A stretch of DNA of 64,000 bases from Lama glama (GCA_028534125.1 CM052816.1:9612001-9676000), one strand, 5' to 3'. Counted from the stretch's first letter, positions 1 through 16,415 are shown. Program-made: numbers and translations. The notes: generated by a model from the sequence alone, not told the origin.

Positions 1-559
1 TCCACAGCCTGCTATAATACAAGGATAATAAATAGATGGAAAATTTATAGTCCCTGCTGTCAAAGAGAACGCACACATTCTAGCAGAAATGTCAGACATA
101 CAGAGTAAGGTCAGAATATACTTATTAAGGCTAGAACAGTACAAGGGAAACGTGGACTAAAAAGCAGCAGCTAATTCTCCTGTTGGACGGGGAAGATTTC
201 ACTGAGATGAGGTGACATTTCATATTTACCAGGAAGCACATTACATTTTCCAGAAGAGTAAGCAGTACAGTGATAAAAAGAACTAGTGTTTATGTTGAGA
301 TGAGTGTATGAAAGAGAAAAGAAGCCTAAAAAGGCAGCCTGGGCCCCAGACTGTGAAAAAGTTATAAAGCCTTGCTAAAAAGCTTATAATTGCTTCTCAC
401 AGGCAGGGGTAACCACTGGAAAAGAGGTACATTCTTGTGTCTATGTAATAAGGTTTTCCAAAGCCACCAAACAACTGCTTTTTAGGTTGCCACAATAACC
501 TGTGGAAGTATTTAATGTGATACCCAAGGTTATTTTAAACTTAACTTCTTTAGTTGCAT

Positions 560-1560
560 TCATTCATTCAAATATTTATTTAGTATCTACTATAATGTGT
601 TACTGTCCCTAGGTGCTAAGAAACAGTGGTGATATTCATTCAATATCTTTATTCTCATGAGCTTACTTTCAGTTGGAGAAGGAAAAAAAATTAATAAACA
701 ATAATAAAAACATCAGACAGTAATATCTGATGTAATAAAATTAAAAGAGTGATGTATTAGAGAATGAATTGGTGGCTACTTGAGTTAAAGTGGTAAGGTA
801 GTCGAAAGGTGTAAGTTTTTGGTTGTAAAATAAACATACGTCATGGGAACGTAATGTACTGTATGGTGATGATAGTAATACTGTATTGCACATTTTAAAG
901 TTGCTAAGAGAGTAGATCTTAAAATTTCTCATCATAAGAAAAAAATTTTGTAACTATATATGGTGATGAATTACACTTATACTTACTGTGATCATTTTGC
1001 AATGTATACAAACACCATCAATTACACCTCAATTGAAAAAAGATTAAAACAGCAGGGAAAGACATCTCTAAGATTAACATTTAAGCTAAGACCTAGATAT
1101 CAAGAAGGAGCCAGCCATGCAAAGATGGAGGGAGGGACATGGAGGCAGCAGTTACTGCAACAGTTGGTGCCAGCTTATACGTCCAACCATGGGGTATGAG
1201 GTGGGGAGAACAAAATGTGAGAACAGGCCAGATCATATAGCACTTTATGGCCAAAATCAAGAAACTGCATTTTTTTTCTAAGGCAGTGGGAAGCTATTGG
1301 AAAGTTTTAAGGAAGGGAGCAACATTGCCTAGTATATTTTAATTTGAAAGCTATTAAAACATTTAGGTAAAAAAAGGTCTGGTACAAAAGTGGTACAATG
1401 GGGAGGAGAATGTAGATGGACTGGGGAGATCTTTTAGAGACAGTTAACAAGACTTGCTAAAGAACTCGATGTTGAGGAGAGCAGGCAGGTGGTGCTATAA
1501 AGAAAAGAAAGGATGTCTCAAGTGATGTCTTTCATAATTAAATTAGATGGTGGTATCTTT
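560..1560 (-). mobile_element. L2 (LINE-2) fragment, interrupted by an L1 3' end at ~800-1045
   Basis: cattcattcaaatatttatttagtatctact..gtgctaag is the reverse-complemented L2 3' end; the inserted segment aaagttgctaagagagtagatcttaaa..aattgaaaaaa resembles an old L1M 3' UTR on +; boundaries approximate. Confidence 0.6.
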
Positions 1561-3307
1561 GGACTAAGGAAAGTGCAAGTGATTCTTGGTTTTGATTTTT
1601 CTTTGTTTCAAAACAGTTTATCATTGAGCAGCACATCTTTTTCAGAACAATTTTAATTAATGAAACTATGTAAACTATCTTTCAATCAAATACCAACGTT
1701 TACTAAGTGTTCTGTTCAGCTGAAATATTATTTTGGTTGAAAAAAATCCTGTTACCAAATATAATCATAAACCTTAACAGATTTGAGCTGTTTTTACAAA
1801 TACTACGATGAAGTTCATAGGATTTGGGTAGTTCTGCATTGCAGCTGCTGTAACAGTTTCCTAAGGATAGTCTGTGTCCTCTGAAGTCCCGATCCTTATG
1901 ACAACACCCAGGGATCAAGGCAAAGAAACAATACCCGACCTTGCTCCCTCTCCTTCACTCAAGCACCTTCTGGTTCTGCACTTTTGTTTTTGTATCTGGT
2001 GGGGAGAGACTGAGCCATAAATTTGAAATGTCTAAGAATACTCATGTGGAAATTAAAAGTATGAAGTTGGATATAACTGCAATTATTTTAAAAAGCAGAA
2101 ATATCAAAGCCAAAAATAAAGGTTGAGAATTCATTAGCATATAGTTGGTACTGAAGCCTTGAGGCTGAATGAGCTCATCTAGAGAAAATGTGTAGAGAGA
2201 AAAAAGGAGATCAAGAACAAAAGTGGAAAACAGGATGTGATAAAAGCAAAGGAAACTGAGGAGGCGTGTCCAATGGGACAGGAGGAAAATGGTTTCAGAG
2301 ATGCCACGAGAAGCGAGTATCTCAGGAAGATAGAAGTGGACAACAAGCTGAGATATTAAAGAAGATGCAAGAGGAGAAATGACCACCAGCTTTTGTAAGA
2401 GAGTCACTGGTGATTTTGCCAAGAGCCAAAATGGAGAGTTCTGTAGAGAACATGTGAGGTGAGCAAGTGAAGACAATACCCACGGATGATTCTTAACTCA
2501 GGGCCTGCATCCCGGAGTGACCCTAAAGGAAATTAGGCTCTATACTGAGAATATTTTCATTATGAAAGGCGTTCACCCTAATTACTCGGCCCAGACTGGG
2601 TGAAGGAATAACAACAAAAAAAAAGTGGCTAGAAGAGATTCCTTTTCCCGTTTTTAAAGGTCAACTGGGAAATTGGAAAATTTGGTAAGGAAACAGTTTT
2701 ACTCCATTCTTACATATCAACTCAGGGGCAAATGAAGCCTAGTAACACATGGGTTGGCACAAAGTAGGTGTTCAGTCAACATCAAAGAACTGGATGCATA
2801 ATTCCGTAAGTGAAATTCCACAGGTCTTTGTTAGTTCATGTATTTAATCTTCCGGGTGGCTGTCAAGACTTAAGGATAGAAGATATGTGAAAGGTTCCCA
2901 ATACAATGTCTAGCACATGACGGTATTCATTTTTCCAGTTCTTGGAAAATGATCTCCACATTCAACTTCACTGGTCAGAGAGATATTAAAAGATGCTCCT
3001 TTACCCAAATCCTGAAAGTTAAATCTCTGTTAAGCCAGGCTTCTAAGGCTCATTGTACCCTAATTCCCACCACATCTATGAGTCCTTCCCATTCTCTAAG
3101 TACCCTTATAGATTCTACAGACAAGAGGCAACACAAAGATAGCTTTGAAATAAGCAAGCAGATAGACAAATTTCAACCACCCTCTCATCTGTCTTGTCAG
3201 TGAGGCCCCCCAATATGTAAAGTGAAAAACTGAAATGGGGAAGAAGGAAAGAGAAGAGAGTCAAAGAAATATGACCCAAAGTAAAAATCATTTCTATCTG
3301 GAGCTCA

Positions 3308-3535
<228 letters not shown>

Positions 3536-4418
3536 CTAAGGCAAAAGGAAACCACACGCTTATTAATTTGTGTTAGTATAGAACACTTTATTTTAATATT
3601 CCTTTATTTCCTCCTTACATAGAATATTTATATAGCACTTTATGAACTACTTTCACAAATATGCATAAAGGACCTCACTTAACGCTCACAACACTTCAAG
3701 CAAGAGAAAGTAGTGTTAGTCTTTATTTGCAGATGATGATGACACGCACAGTGGAAAGGGATCTGCCCAACAGTGTACGAGCAGTCAGTGGTACAGCTGG
3801 GACCGGAACACCAGCATTCTGACCTCAAATCCTGAGCTTCTACCACTAGATCGCACCGCTTCAACAGTAGGAAGTAACCATTAAGAACTGACAAGAAAGA
3901 ACACAATTAGTTGAAACATTAAGTTTTTATTATGATGAGAGTATAAAGTTTTATTTGGTAAGCAGTTTTAAAAATAACATTTTGTACAAGCGGGCAACCT
4001 CAGATTTCCCTAGATCTGCAAATGAATAGAAAAGTAGCAGCAAAGTAAAACATTTCCAAAATAAAGTCCCAATCCTTGCCTCTATTTGGGGTTTCTAATT
4101 AAGAGATTTAATCTTCCAACTAATTATTCTGAGTAGTAATTTTTGCTTTAGCTCAAATTTCCACCTTCATTCTTACCTTTAGTTTATTAAACTGACAAAG
4201 ACAGCTTTCCACTTACTCTTTCCTTTCCCTTCTCTGGAGACTGCTTAATACTCATTTACAAGAACAAGAGGCCATACATTATTATAAACTCTATGCCTTC
4301 GCTGAAGCTGGCAGTAAAAAGTCCAATTACAATACTATAAAGGCATCTAAATAGGGGGGAAAATTACTTAGGTTGTTGTTTTCTTCCTTGAGTATTAAAA
4401 TAAACAAGAACTCTCTCA

Positions 4419-4643
<225 letters not shown>

Positions 4644-6209
4644 CTATAGGTCGCAAAGATTTTCAAATCCTTTTTCTTTGAGTAAATTTTCTCTCATTTC
4701 ATGATCTCTAAAACTTGGTGACTCTAAATTACAATGCTTCCTTACCTAATGTCATTGTGAAAACTAGATGGCTTGGAAATTGTTAACCTGAAACTAAGTC
4801 AGTATTTATTTAAATGTGATCCACTGAAAAACCTACATGCTGCTAGTTAAAGAAATGTCAGCGCATTCATTTAATACAAAAGTAATGCAGCTATTAAGAA
4901 AATGAAGAACTAATATGGTTGGCAACATGAAAAGCTCTCCAAAACATCCTTAGTGCGAAACACAAGCTATAGGAAAATGTATACATAGTAAGGTCCTTTG
5001 GATACATAAATCATTAAATGCTACATGTGTACAGGCTATAATATGCACAAAATAACCTGCCCAGAAGAATACCCAAGAAACCATTGACGGTGGTTACCTT
5101 TGAGAAGAGGAGACTTTTCATTTTGTACCTTTCTGTATTGTTTGATACTGTTTACCAAGTACATGTATTACTTTTAGTTTTTAAGTGTTAACAGGAGTTC
5201 TGAGTGATGGGATTATAGGCCAGTTTTTGTTTTCTTCTTTATACTCTTCTGTATTTAAGAAAACAAACAAACCAAAAACCCAATAAATGTTATTTTTTAA
5301 AAGCGATGTACGCCTGCTACAACCTCAAGTTCGTATTTCCCAGTAACTTTTTGGTGCAGCTGGGCCGGGGTAGAACTTCCCTCTCCTGGGTGACCCTTCT
5401 AATGAGTGATCTCAGCAGAGGCCCAAGAGCCCTACGACAGGCAGGCCTGGAGACGGGCTTTGTGAGGAGCTGTGGTGTCCCTGTGCAGTGGCGCAGAGAG
5501 CTGAGGAGGCTAGTCTGCAGGTGTCAGTGAAGGGGACTGGTTTGATAAGGGGTTGTTACAATGAAAATTCTCTAGCTCTGAATTTATTTAAAGATTTGTG
5601 AATTTACGTATTTAAGAAAGGCCTTGAAAGAAACAAATAGCATTATTCTCTCAGGGAGGAAAATGTACCCCCCCCATGAGGAAAAACACAACGTGCAAAG
5701 TGCACGAAAGTCACACTTCCATACACAAGGGATTAGGTAGGGAGGGGATATCTGAAACAGTCTAGGATTTTAGGGCAACAGAAAATTTCACTACAAGTTA
5801 ATATTTAATATGTCACCTAATTAAAAGTTTTTTTTTAATACATACCACTTTGTCTGTTCTGATGATACGCCATTTGAAAGTAACACAGAGAAAACAACTA
5901 TAATATCCCAGGCAACAATTCCTAACCTTAATTTTACGTATCTGGACCAAAGAAATACATATAAAGATTAGGACAGTTAAATCTACAACCAGGACAGTAT
6001 AAATTTCTAAGCAGAGAATTTCAGGAGTTCAAAGAGGCACTGAATAAATTTCTAATTCAGTGATCAAAGGTTCCCAGAACTTGCATGAACAATCCATATA
6101 AAACATCTACCTATTACATTAGGAATGCAATTCATGCCACACTCAGAAAACAAAGATAAATATTACTCTGACATCAATAAAATATAGCTTCATTTAAGCA
6201 GACAAGTAC

Positions 6210-6380
6210 CTGAGATCCAATTGTATGGGTTATGTAGATGGGGGCAATTATAAATTGCCAGATATTTGATACAGGAAAAAACTTCATTGACTGCCTTCAT
6301 CCCTATATCAGTGATAATACCAGGATTTTCCACCACATCAGCCAAACCATACTTCACCAGATCTGCATTAGCCATTCTGC
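6210..6380 (-). CDS. FBXO38: FBXO38 exon 10 ([20 protein letters not shown]...NPYNWIS)
   Basis: Acceptor ctttccag|GC, donor TCAG|gtactt; 171 nt. Confidence 0.96.
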
Positions 6381-8389
6381 CTGGAAAGAGAAATTGATTT
6401 AAAAAAAGATTCTTAAGTGTCACGGAGTGTTGCGAATTCTTTAGCTTAACATCCAGTATGATCACTGTCTATGATCGCTGTGTCATCTGCCCATCATCAG
6501 GTTCAGGTTCGGGTACAATTTTTGGTTAGGTATTCTATATGAATGGTAGCATTTGTCTTGATAAATAAGAATTTTGTCAAGGGACAGCTAGTAGGAAAAA
6601 ATTATCTTCAACTGTTTAGAAAAGGGAAAATGTGCAAAAAGTCTTAAAGCAAAACTAAAGGATATATTGTATCAGTTCATAACATTTATGGTGAAGTTTT
6701 AGTTTTAGCTTTTAAAAAGAAAAATAAAATCTTAAAAATGTAACTCTTTCACAGTATAAGGAAAAGGGTTTTGGAGTCGGGTGTGGCCATGTGTAGAGAA
6801 GGGTAAACTTGGGAATTCAGATTCATTTTTAGAACCCAGGTATTGGTTAGTAGCTATGTACCTAACCCTAGAAATAGACTTCTAGCTCAAACACACCCCC
6901 TCTCTCTGCCCTTGGGCTTTAGTGCCTACTGTCTCGTCAGACTGCGGCGTGGCTTTAGTAAAAGAGGGTTCTCCATTCTAGATTATGCCATTGGAAATAT
7001 ACCCCTTCCCTTGCCTCATATCATTATCCCTGCCATCTGCCTGCCCTTCACTCTACAGAATGGTCCACTTAACTATGAGAAATTTGAAGGAAAAAAGGGA
7101 CTGTGTCTAGTTAGTTAAGAGTGACATTTTCAATGTCCAGCATAGTGCAGGAACCCAATAAATGTCTCTCACAGTCTTTGAAATCAACTGACACAAAGTA
7201 CAAAGAAGACACTACTGCTCTGGTGAAGCTGCCCTGCACGTTACAGGGATTTATACTTTAAGCTTGGACATATTTTCCACTCCCAATTTCACTTTCCATA
7301 TAGTTCAGCCTCTCTCCTATAGTCCCTTTCTTTTTGTATTTACTGGCATTTCTTGGAGATTTCACCTTAATCCATTCATTGTAATTTAGCTGAGCAATTT
7401 TCTTTAGACTCCCGGGAAAAACTTCTTTCTTGTCCTTTGGACTCGAAACTTGCTTTCTCCCTTATGATCAAGTGGATCTTGAACTGACTCTGGGTGTTGC
7501 TGGCATAAATGCTGCAGCCTGACATGACAGATCCATGTCTTACATCCAATCCTTTGAGATCACCATTCTGTTCCTGCTCTTAGGGTCTCCTGATTGCTAC
7601 ACTCCCTCAAAAACCTGATGGCATCACCTAGGACTCATTTTTGTTTCCTTTTTTCTTTAGCCTATAGGTCAGCTAAAAGTAAAAGCTACCATTTACTGAA
7701 TGATTTCTAAGTGTCAGAGATTGTAATAATAAAAGTCCATGTTTTCCCATTTGTTAGATGGAGACAAGACCATTTCCTACTTTTTTCTTGGGTGGTTTGA
7801 ACCCAGGAAATAACTTACCTAAGGTCCCATAATTAATAAAATTCCATCTCACTCCCTCTCTCCAAAGTCCCAGCACTAAAGACTACTCTATACAACTTGT
7901 GGTTTTCAGTGGGTGTTACAACCCTGTCACCTTCACATGAAGCTCTGAGGTCATAAATCTATGTAAATAAAGAACCCCTCTCTAAGTATTCATCCTTTGG
8001 TCACTTTTCTTATATTCCTAATACATAGCACCTACTTTCCCGCACATCCAATTCCTCAGTCTAGCATGGTCACTTTTACCATAAATGTATGGAAGACAAA
8101 GGTGATTTTCTTTTTTTTTTTTTTTTTGCCAGACTCTTTGTAACAAAAAATTGGTACAAGTTTTACCAGGAGCCACCCCAACCTCCTGGAGAGACGCTTC
8201 AAAATGTAAATTACTGAGAAGAAAGAGATAAAGTGAAAGAGGGTAAGTAGTGATCTCTCATTCCTCTCTACATAGTCTGTCAGAAGCACCGGCACCTACT
8301 CTGGTACAGAATCCTAGACTGTCTTTGGAGTAACAGAGAAGAGACATATACAGAAGAAATGAATGAGCTGCAGCAAATATGAAGAAAAG

Positions 8390-9775
8390 AATGGCTTATA
8401 AAAAGATTGAAACTAAGAGACTATTAAATAGGAAAGAGACTATGAAAACAAGTTATGTTGAAAATATAAGATAATGGAAGTCAAAAGGTAAAAGTGTTTT
8501 TCTATTGAAAATCTGTGTGGAGGGCAAAGAAAAACTATAGGGAAATAGCTGGTTATAAAGATAAGTCTCAAAGACAGTCTTTCAGTGGAACTAAATGTGG
8601 CTACCTTGAAAATGCAAAATTTGTCGAGTTTTGAGCTATTGGGAAGAACAAAAAGAAAAAGATTGTAGAAAGAACACTAATTACCAATCTAATAATTTTA
8701 AGTTACTACAAAGATACTACAGAAGGAGAGAACGTTAACAACCTCATTTAAAATCAGAAAAGCCTGAAATGAAACAAATTAATTTTATATCAAATCACTA
8801 CTCTAGTTTAGCATTTTAAAGTTACGTTGGTAAAAAGCTGATCATTTTCAAAGCTATGTAAATTAAAAATGATTGCTGTGTTAAACTGGCTAGAAGGTAA
8901 TGCTTAGATTTTTTAAAACCTTCACCTATATTAATGACAACTGCAACAAAGTAAAAACGAAACAAACTAAAAAACAAAAACAAAAAGAAAACTCAACTAT
9001 TATTGTGACATATATCAGAAATGAAAAAGGACAACCAGTCACATTATTTAACCTGCACTGTCAAAGAAGAATTAAGCCTTCTTATGTTCTTCTCCAATGC
9101 AAGTTAGAGCCAAAGGAAAAATGCCATCTCGTATGACAGTGAGAGTTTAACAAAGACTTGTTCCAAATCACATGGGTAAGAAACTAATTCTTGCAAAAAT
9201 AAAAACATGCTGATGGTGGAAATGTTTTTGCATGTCTGACTAATGTTATGCTGTAAGAAAGTTTGAATAATGAATTGACATGCATTCAAACACAAAGGAA
9301 TGAGTTCTCAATTGTAAATACATTCCAGAAAAGGCTGTCAACAAGCCTTCCAACAGCAATCATCATTAAATGAATACTGACCATTACGTGCTCACACTAT
9401 CTGGAAAATCCAGAACCCAGCGGGCTTATTAAGGAAATGAAGAGCATGGGCAGGGAATGGGACCTCATCTGAGAGGACCATCAAAAGCTTCAAGAAGTGT
9501 GGCAGATCAAATTCAACAAATGGAACCAAGGATGACATTCTGTGAAAAAAAATGAAGCAGAATGGGAAAGAAACTTGGGCAGCAAAGTGGAGACAATATC
9601 AAAAGTAGATAATGATCTTTTTGGGGGCAGACTGTTAATCACCACATTTTCTATAATATGCTAAAATCAGAGGCAATACAGGACCAAAAAAATCACTGGC
9701 ACTTCAAGTTCAAATTTTTCAAGAAATGAGAACAAGAGTTTAGGTTGTTTTGTACTCAAGAAAATAATGGCACCT
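8390..9775 (+). mobile_element. Decayed pogo/Tc2-type (Kanga/Tigger-like) DNA transposon with remnant transposase
   Basis: Colinear degenerate peptides ENIR*WKSK, SFSGTKCG, GNA*, RNEKGQPVT..IKPSYVLLQCKLEPKEK, AVNKPS, and TIKSFKKCGRSNSTNGTKDDIL* (9477-9545) resemble pogo DDE transposases; boundaries approximate. Confidence 0.6.
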
Positions 9776-9812
9776 CCCAATTCAGGTTTCAGCTTGTCAA
9801 TTAAGTTCCCTA

Positions 9813-10025
<213 letters not shown>

Positions 10026-10950
10026 TCAAAATCAAAGATTCTTCCGAATGTAAGGCTTTGAAATAAGTTTATTTTACTGAAGTGTCAAATGCAAACAATT
10101 TTTCTCCCCTCCATTAAAAAGTATCAGAGATTATTTCCTTTAAAAGAATATTATATAAAGTGTCAGTACATCTTAGGCATACAATAAAGTTACAATAAAT
10201 AACAATGAATTATACAGTAATGATTTATCCTTTAATAATAATACATCCTTTCCAGTACTTTCTTAAGCCTGATTAAGTCAAGGTGAGAATCTGCACCTGG
10301 TATTTCTTTACAACATTTTTAGGCTAACTACTAAGTCCCATTTTAACAAAGAGTATAGGTCTATAGTAGGTAACAATACCTATCTACTTAAACTTAGATA
10401 TAGTTTTGTTTTATTTATATTCTTAATGTTCTATTGATGGAAAGCAACACTTTTTAAAATAAATTTAAAAATGATTATTTAATTTAAATGTCATAAAAGT
10501 ACAAGCAGAGGTAGACATTTGATATATATAGAAAACAGGAAATGTGGCATAAAGTGATATGAAAGATAGGTTGAAAACATAAAGATGTTAAAGGTCAGGA
10601 CTCTAAAAAGCTGACTTAAAATACTGATTTCTGAATAGCAAATATTACCACCCACTAACCAAAACAATTCAAAAAATCTTTCAAAGGTTGAGACAATGGT
10701 TCCTGAGAGGACTACAGACTCAGGGCAGCAATACAGACTTCTGTTGGACTCTCAGGCACCCAGATAATTGACTGCTTTTCTCTAATGAAAACAAGCCCTT
10801 TCAGAGCTTGTTGGGTCCGGAGTGCAGCTCACCAGGTCATCAGTTATAAAGGAAGACAACCACTAAGTGAGTCTAAACAATTCCTTTGCATTTTAAATCT
10901 GAACAAGGCATGATTGAACATCATATACATGTTTCCCCCAATTTTTGTTA

Positions 10951-11184
<234 letters not shown>

Positions 11185-11234
11185 TTAGATGGTAATGCTT
11201 TGTTTAGGCATCATCATTTTAGTGCTTGTGTATC

Positions 11235-11640
11235 CCACTGTGGTTTTAATTTGCATTTCTCTACTGATTAGTGAAATCTGTCATTTTTATGTTTACTGGC
11301 CATTTAATTATCCTCTTTTGTGAAGTCTTTTCTATTCAAAATATTTTCCCACTTTTCCTATTGGGTTTTCTGACCTTTTCTTTATAATTTTAGGAGTCCT
11401 TTATGTATTCTGGATACAAGCCCTTTGTCTGATATCATATTACAAATAGCTTCTCCCATTCTATAGCCTGGCTTTTTAACTCTTAATAGTGCCTTTGATG
11501 AACACAAAAATTTTAATTTAGCACAGTTTACCAACTTTTTTCTTTGTGGTAAGTGCTTTTTGGTACACTGTTTAAGAAATCTTTGCCTATCAAAGGTCAA
11601 GAAGACATGCTAACTTTTCTTTCAAAAACTTAAACTCTTT
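11235..11640 (-). mobile_element. Old L1 ORF2 fragment
   Basis: gtggttttaatttgcatttctct..; translation ICNMISDKGLVSRIHK is typical of the L1 ORF2 C-terminal region. Confidence 0.8.
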
Positions 11641-12459
11641 GCTTTTCGCACTTCTCTCCAGGTCTTCTCTCTAATGAATGATTCCATAGTAGTCATCTTT
11701 TCCCTTCTGACTTTATCCTATTAGCTACAGCCATGGAATAAAAATAATGCTGTTGATCTTGAGGGAACTTGCACCATCCCCTTAACACAATATAATGAAC
11801 ACTTACACCAGACTTGATTAACTGACTAAATGTCTAAAAATATACTGCATAGTCATATTTTAATGTATTAATGATAATGTCCATTTGTTACCAATGGTAC
11901 TTGATGATTTTCCATTTGTATGCTGGATATCCAAAGTTATATTTTTAGTTCCCAGCTATGAATTATCTATATAGCTAAACTTGGTGTTTCTGTTGCAATG
12001 AGGAGATAACACAGAATTCTATTATATATCACTTAAAATATAATTAACAAAGCTAAAGAGTAAAATGTTTTTTTCTTTTTAAAAGCCATTATCTGATGGA
12101 TGGATCTAATATCCAACTTACAAACATGAAAACATTTTATATACTATAAAGTATTAGACAAATGGTAAATTAACATTACCAATGCCTGAATTCTTTTATA
12201 GACCTAAAGTGCCTAAGTCAAAAAACATCTCTCAGCAAAAGGCACTAGGATACCTCCGTTCACATTTCTCAGAAAGATTCCAAATACAACATGAATTATT
12301 AACTAAGTACTAATATTTAAAAAGCCAGAAAACATGCCTTATCACTCTACTATTTATTTTGAGACTGCATAACATTGCATAAAAAGGAAATGAATATTAG
12401 GCCACACTCATGGTTACGTATTCTTCATCAAGTACATCAGATAGAAAGTGCAATTACTA

Positions 12460-12750
<291 letters not shown>

Positions 12751-13900
12751 TCAAATCAGTAGCCGAAATGAATCTTATAAATTAATTCTACATCTGAAAA
12801 TGACAGCCAAGTGGTTGGCTCTCTGCAATTTATACTTCTCAAAGGAAAAGAGAAAGTGTTAGTCTATTAACCACATACTTATTCAGCATCTGTTAACCAT
12901 GTATTTATTCAGCGTAAGAATTTTTCAGTAATGTTGGAGAGATATTTAGTATTTTTGGTAGATTCCCTGAAGTCTCAATAATTTTGAGCTCAAAATAACT
13001 AAGGGGGAAAAGCCAAGCTGAAAATTTGATCTTTCACTCAAATAAATAGCTCAATGACTTAAACACCTCTCTACGTAACCAGTATTGTATTAGCTGTTAC
13101 AGAAGATCACAAAAGATAGGATCCTATACATCAAACAGCTTGCAAATGACATGAACATAAAACTAACATGAATAATTCTAAAGGGATAAAAAGGAAGAAC
13201 ATATCAAGTACAAAAATAAGATCTGATGTACTACATAAAAAAGAAAAAGGGGAAAGTAAATTGAAGAGGCAAAACTTGAAGGATGTATACAAGTAAAAAG
13301 GAGGAAGGAAGTGTCTACCTCCAGACATGGAAACAACAATAAAGAAAGACACTGAAATGAAAGCTGGTATGGTTGTTTGGGAACGCCAAGTGGGCAGGCC
13401 TGACTATGAAAGAAGGCATATCTTGAAAAGGAGCCAGAAACAATGATATCAAGAGGGGCTCTGGTCATCATGAACTCTGAAGCAGGACAGTTCTCACTTG
13501 ACACACTAGGGGAACAGAAACACTGAAGGTTTCTGAACAGGAAACTAGTATCATAAAAGCAATGTTTTATGCTTTAAAGTCGATTAGGTCAGAGAACTAT
13601 TTACATGCAGGATGATTAGGGGACCAGAGACAGAGAAAGTAAACAAAAATTTATTAAAACAATCCTATAAAAAGGTAAAAAGTTCCTATAAGGAATATAT
13701 AGGTATTGTGACACTTTACTTTTTCTGCTAAGGGTCAAACACAAATCATATATCTACTATCTTTAAAACAAAAGGTACATTTATCTTCATAAAGTAAGTT
13801 ACAAAACATAAACAGTAACAACGCAATTTCATTTACAAATGTAGCTATGGAGTTTGCTTTGGGATATATTTAGAATTCTGTATGTATAATTCCACAACTA

Positions 13901-14149
<249 letters not shown>

Positions 14150-15598
14150 TCATGGATAGCTTCGTGAGAACAAATTACCTAAGTAAAGTCTATCAAGATA
14201 ACTTATTTAAAATAGGCTTCAACAATTTAAGCAAACCATGAACAGACTACTTTGTTATTTCTTTAGAAAAGGTATATGAGAAGATAGGATTTTAAAAGTA
14301 TTTCTACATTTTATACATAAGTTTTTCTTGTAACTACAGTTTTCTAGGATACATTTTTCCCAGTAGATGTAAAAGGAAAATAGGTTACTAAAAGCAAAAT
14401 TAAGAAGATGGGGGAGGAATACACAAATCTACTATTTGACTACCAATGTCCACTGCCCCACCAGTGGGAAACTAAATTTCTCAGAACAAAGGCAGGCTAG
14501 CTGGCTTTAAATATCATGGTTTCTGGATGGTATCCAGAGACAGAGATTAAAACTGTTTCTATAAATTTCTGAGTCTTAAGAATTTGTAAATGTGTGGCAG
14601 AAGCCAGTCAGCACGAATGAGAAAGAGAAACTTGTCAGCTGTTTTAATATTTCAAATTGATAAAGGCATTTTATCCTTTTATCCTTCTGATCACTAAGTG
14701 GCTCACTACTATTAGGAATCATACCTGCAGAGGACCATGTCTGAAGAAGGGGGATACAGAGTGGGAGGAAAAGTCCCGAGATATGGAAGAAGAAAGAAGA
14801 TGGGTAACTTGAAAATTCTTACGGAAGGAAGCAGTTCAAGGAAGCTGCCCAAGAGTCTAAACATTGTAGACTAGGGAAAAGCCAAGGAAGTGACACAAGT
14901 CTCAGAGAAATCCAAGGATTCAGAGTGATGGCATTTAAAAAACAATAGTTGGCAAAACCAGTTTAATACAACTTTTAATCTTGAGTCAGCAGACCCTGCT
15001 AGCAAAAGCAACTAGAAAAAGCAAAATCAAGAGTACCTGAATGGTTGGTTCTTTAAAAGCTAAATTCTGCAGAATGCTCCTACTATGAGGATTACTGCTT
15101 AGCATAGTCCACCCAGAAAAGCATAGTTAGCTTTAGCTTTGAACTATGCATAAACACTGTATGGCAACAGATGGGAAGTAAAACTGGGGATTAGTCCAAA
15201 GGAAGAAAAGCAGAGGAAGTGAGGTACAAATTGAGACTCAAGACACAAAATTCACAAAGTTACATTTAACATCTACCATGATGGTGGTAGTTCTGATTAG
15301 GAAACCCAAGGTAGCAAGGGTGAGGCAGATCCAGACAAGACTGTTATACTCTATGTTCAATCCCCATTTTACCCCAAATCCATTCTATAAACAAATGACA
15401 CAATTACCTGTCTTCCCCAGCATGTTCATTAATTTACTATACACGTTTGTATCACCATCACAGTGTTAAACTGTTGAATTAATCAAATGAATTAATGCAT
15501 TTCAACAAAATTTACCAAGGACTTACTATATTTGCAATGAACTATGACAGGCATCATGGAAAATATAAAGATAAAAAAAACACAGTCTCTGACATCAC

Positions 15599-15638
15599 AT
15601 ATTATAAATTTTAGATATTATAAATTTTAGATATTATA
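15599..15638. repeat. Short tandem repeat, 16-bp unit atattataaattttag x2.5
   Basis: Directly visible. Confidence 0.85.
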
Positions 15639-16224
15639 GAATTCCTTTATTATCTGAAAATCCAAATTCAAACTAGATATCCAAGTCCTTAATCAGAACC
15701 ACTTCTTGATCTTGTAAATGAAGGGTTGCTAGAGAACTTTGCTCTTCTTCCATAATTGCGTACCTAAATCTTATTTAAGACCTACTTCTTATCATCCCTG
15801 TTGCTCTCCCTTCACCACCTGACCCAGTTTCAGAAATGCCCAGTTCTTTCAGGACCATCCCCAATACCTGAAATAATGCTTGGAACACAGCAGCTACTCA
15901 GTATGTATATTTTAAATAAAATGATGAAAAAATAGTAAAAGTCAGACTATAGTAAGAGGAGTATCTCCAAAGATGACAAATTAAATTTGAGAAAATATCC
16001 GTCTTTATCATTTTCTCAGGTTGAAATTATTGGGATACAATTTCAGAGGATACACTGTGACCACTGCAGATAGGGTCTTTGAAATAAGACCACTTCTTCC
16101 TCATTTCTCAGGGGAAAAAAAGAAGTGGCAGTTTTCTATCGGCTCTGGGTTGAAGAACTCAGGGGGATTTTCTGCTTGGAGAAGATACATGTGAACTAAG
16201 AGCTATCCGTGATGTTTTTATTCT

Positions 16225-16415
16225 GCGGTGTTCTACAGCTCAGCTGTATAATAAAATAGCCACTTGCTACATGTGGCTATTTGATAAATTAACATAAAAT
16301 AAAATCAAATATAAAAATTTAGTTCCTCTGTTTCACTACCCACAGTGGGTACCATATGGAATAGGTCAAATACAGGACGTTTCCATCGTCACAGAAAGTT
16401 GTAGGGAAGAACGCT
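16225..16415. mobile_element. hAT-Charlie MITE (MER3/MER33-like)
   Basis: atagccacttgctacatgtggctatt and ttccatcgtcacagaaagtt motifs. Confidence 0.6.
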
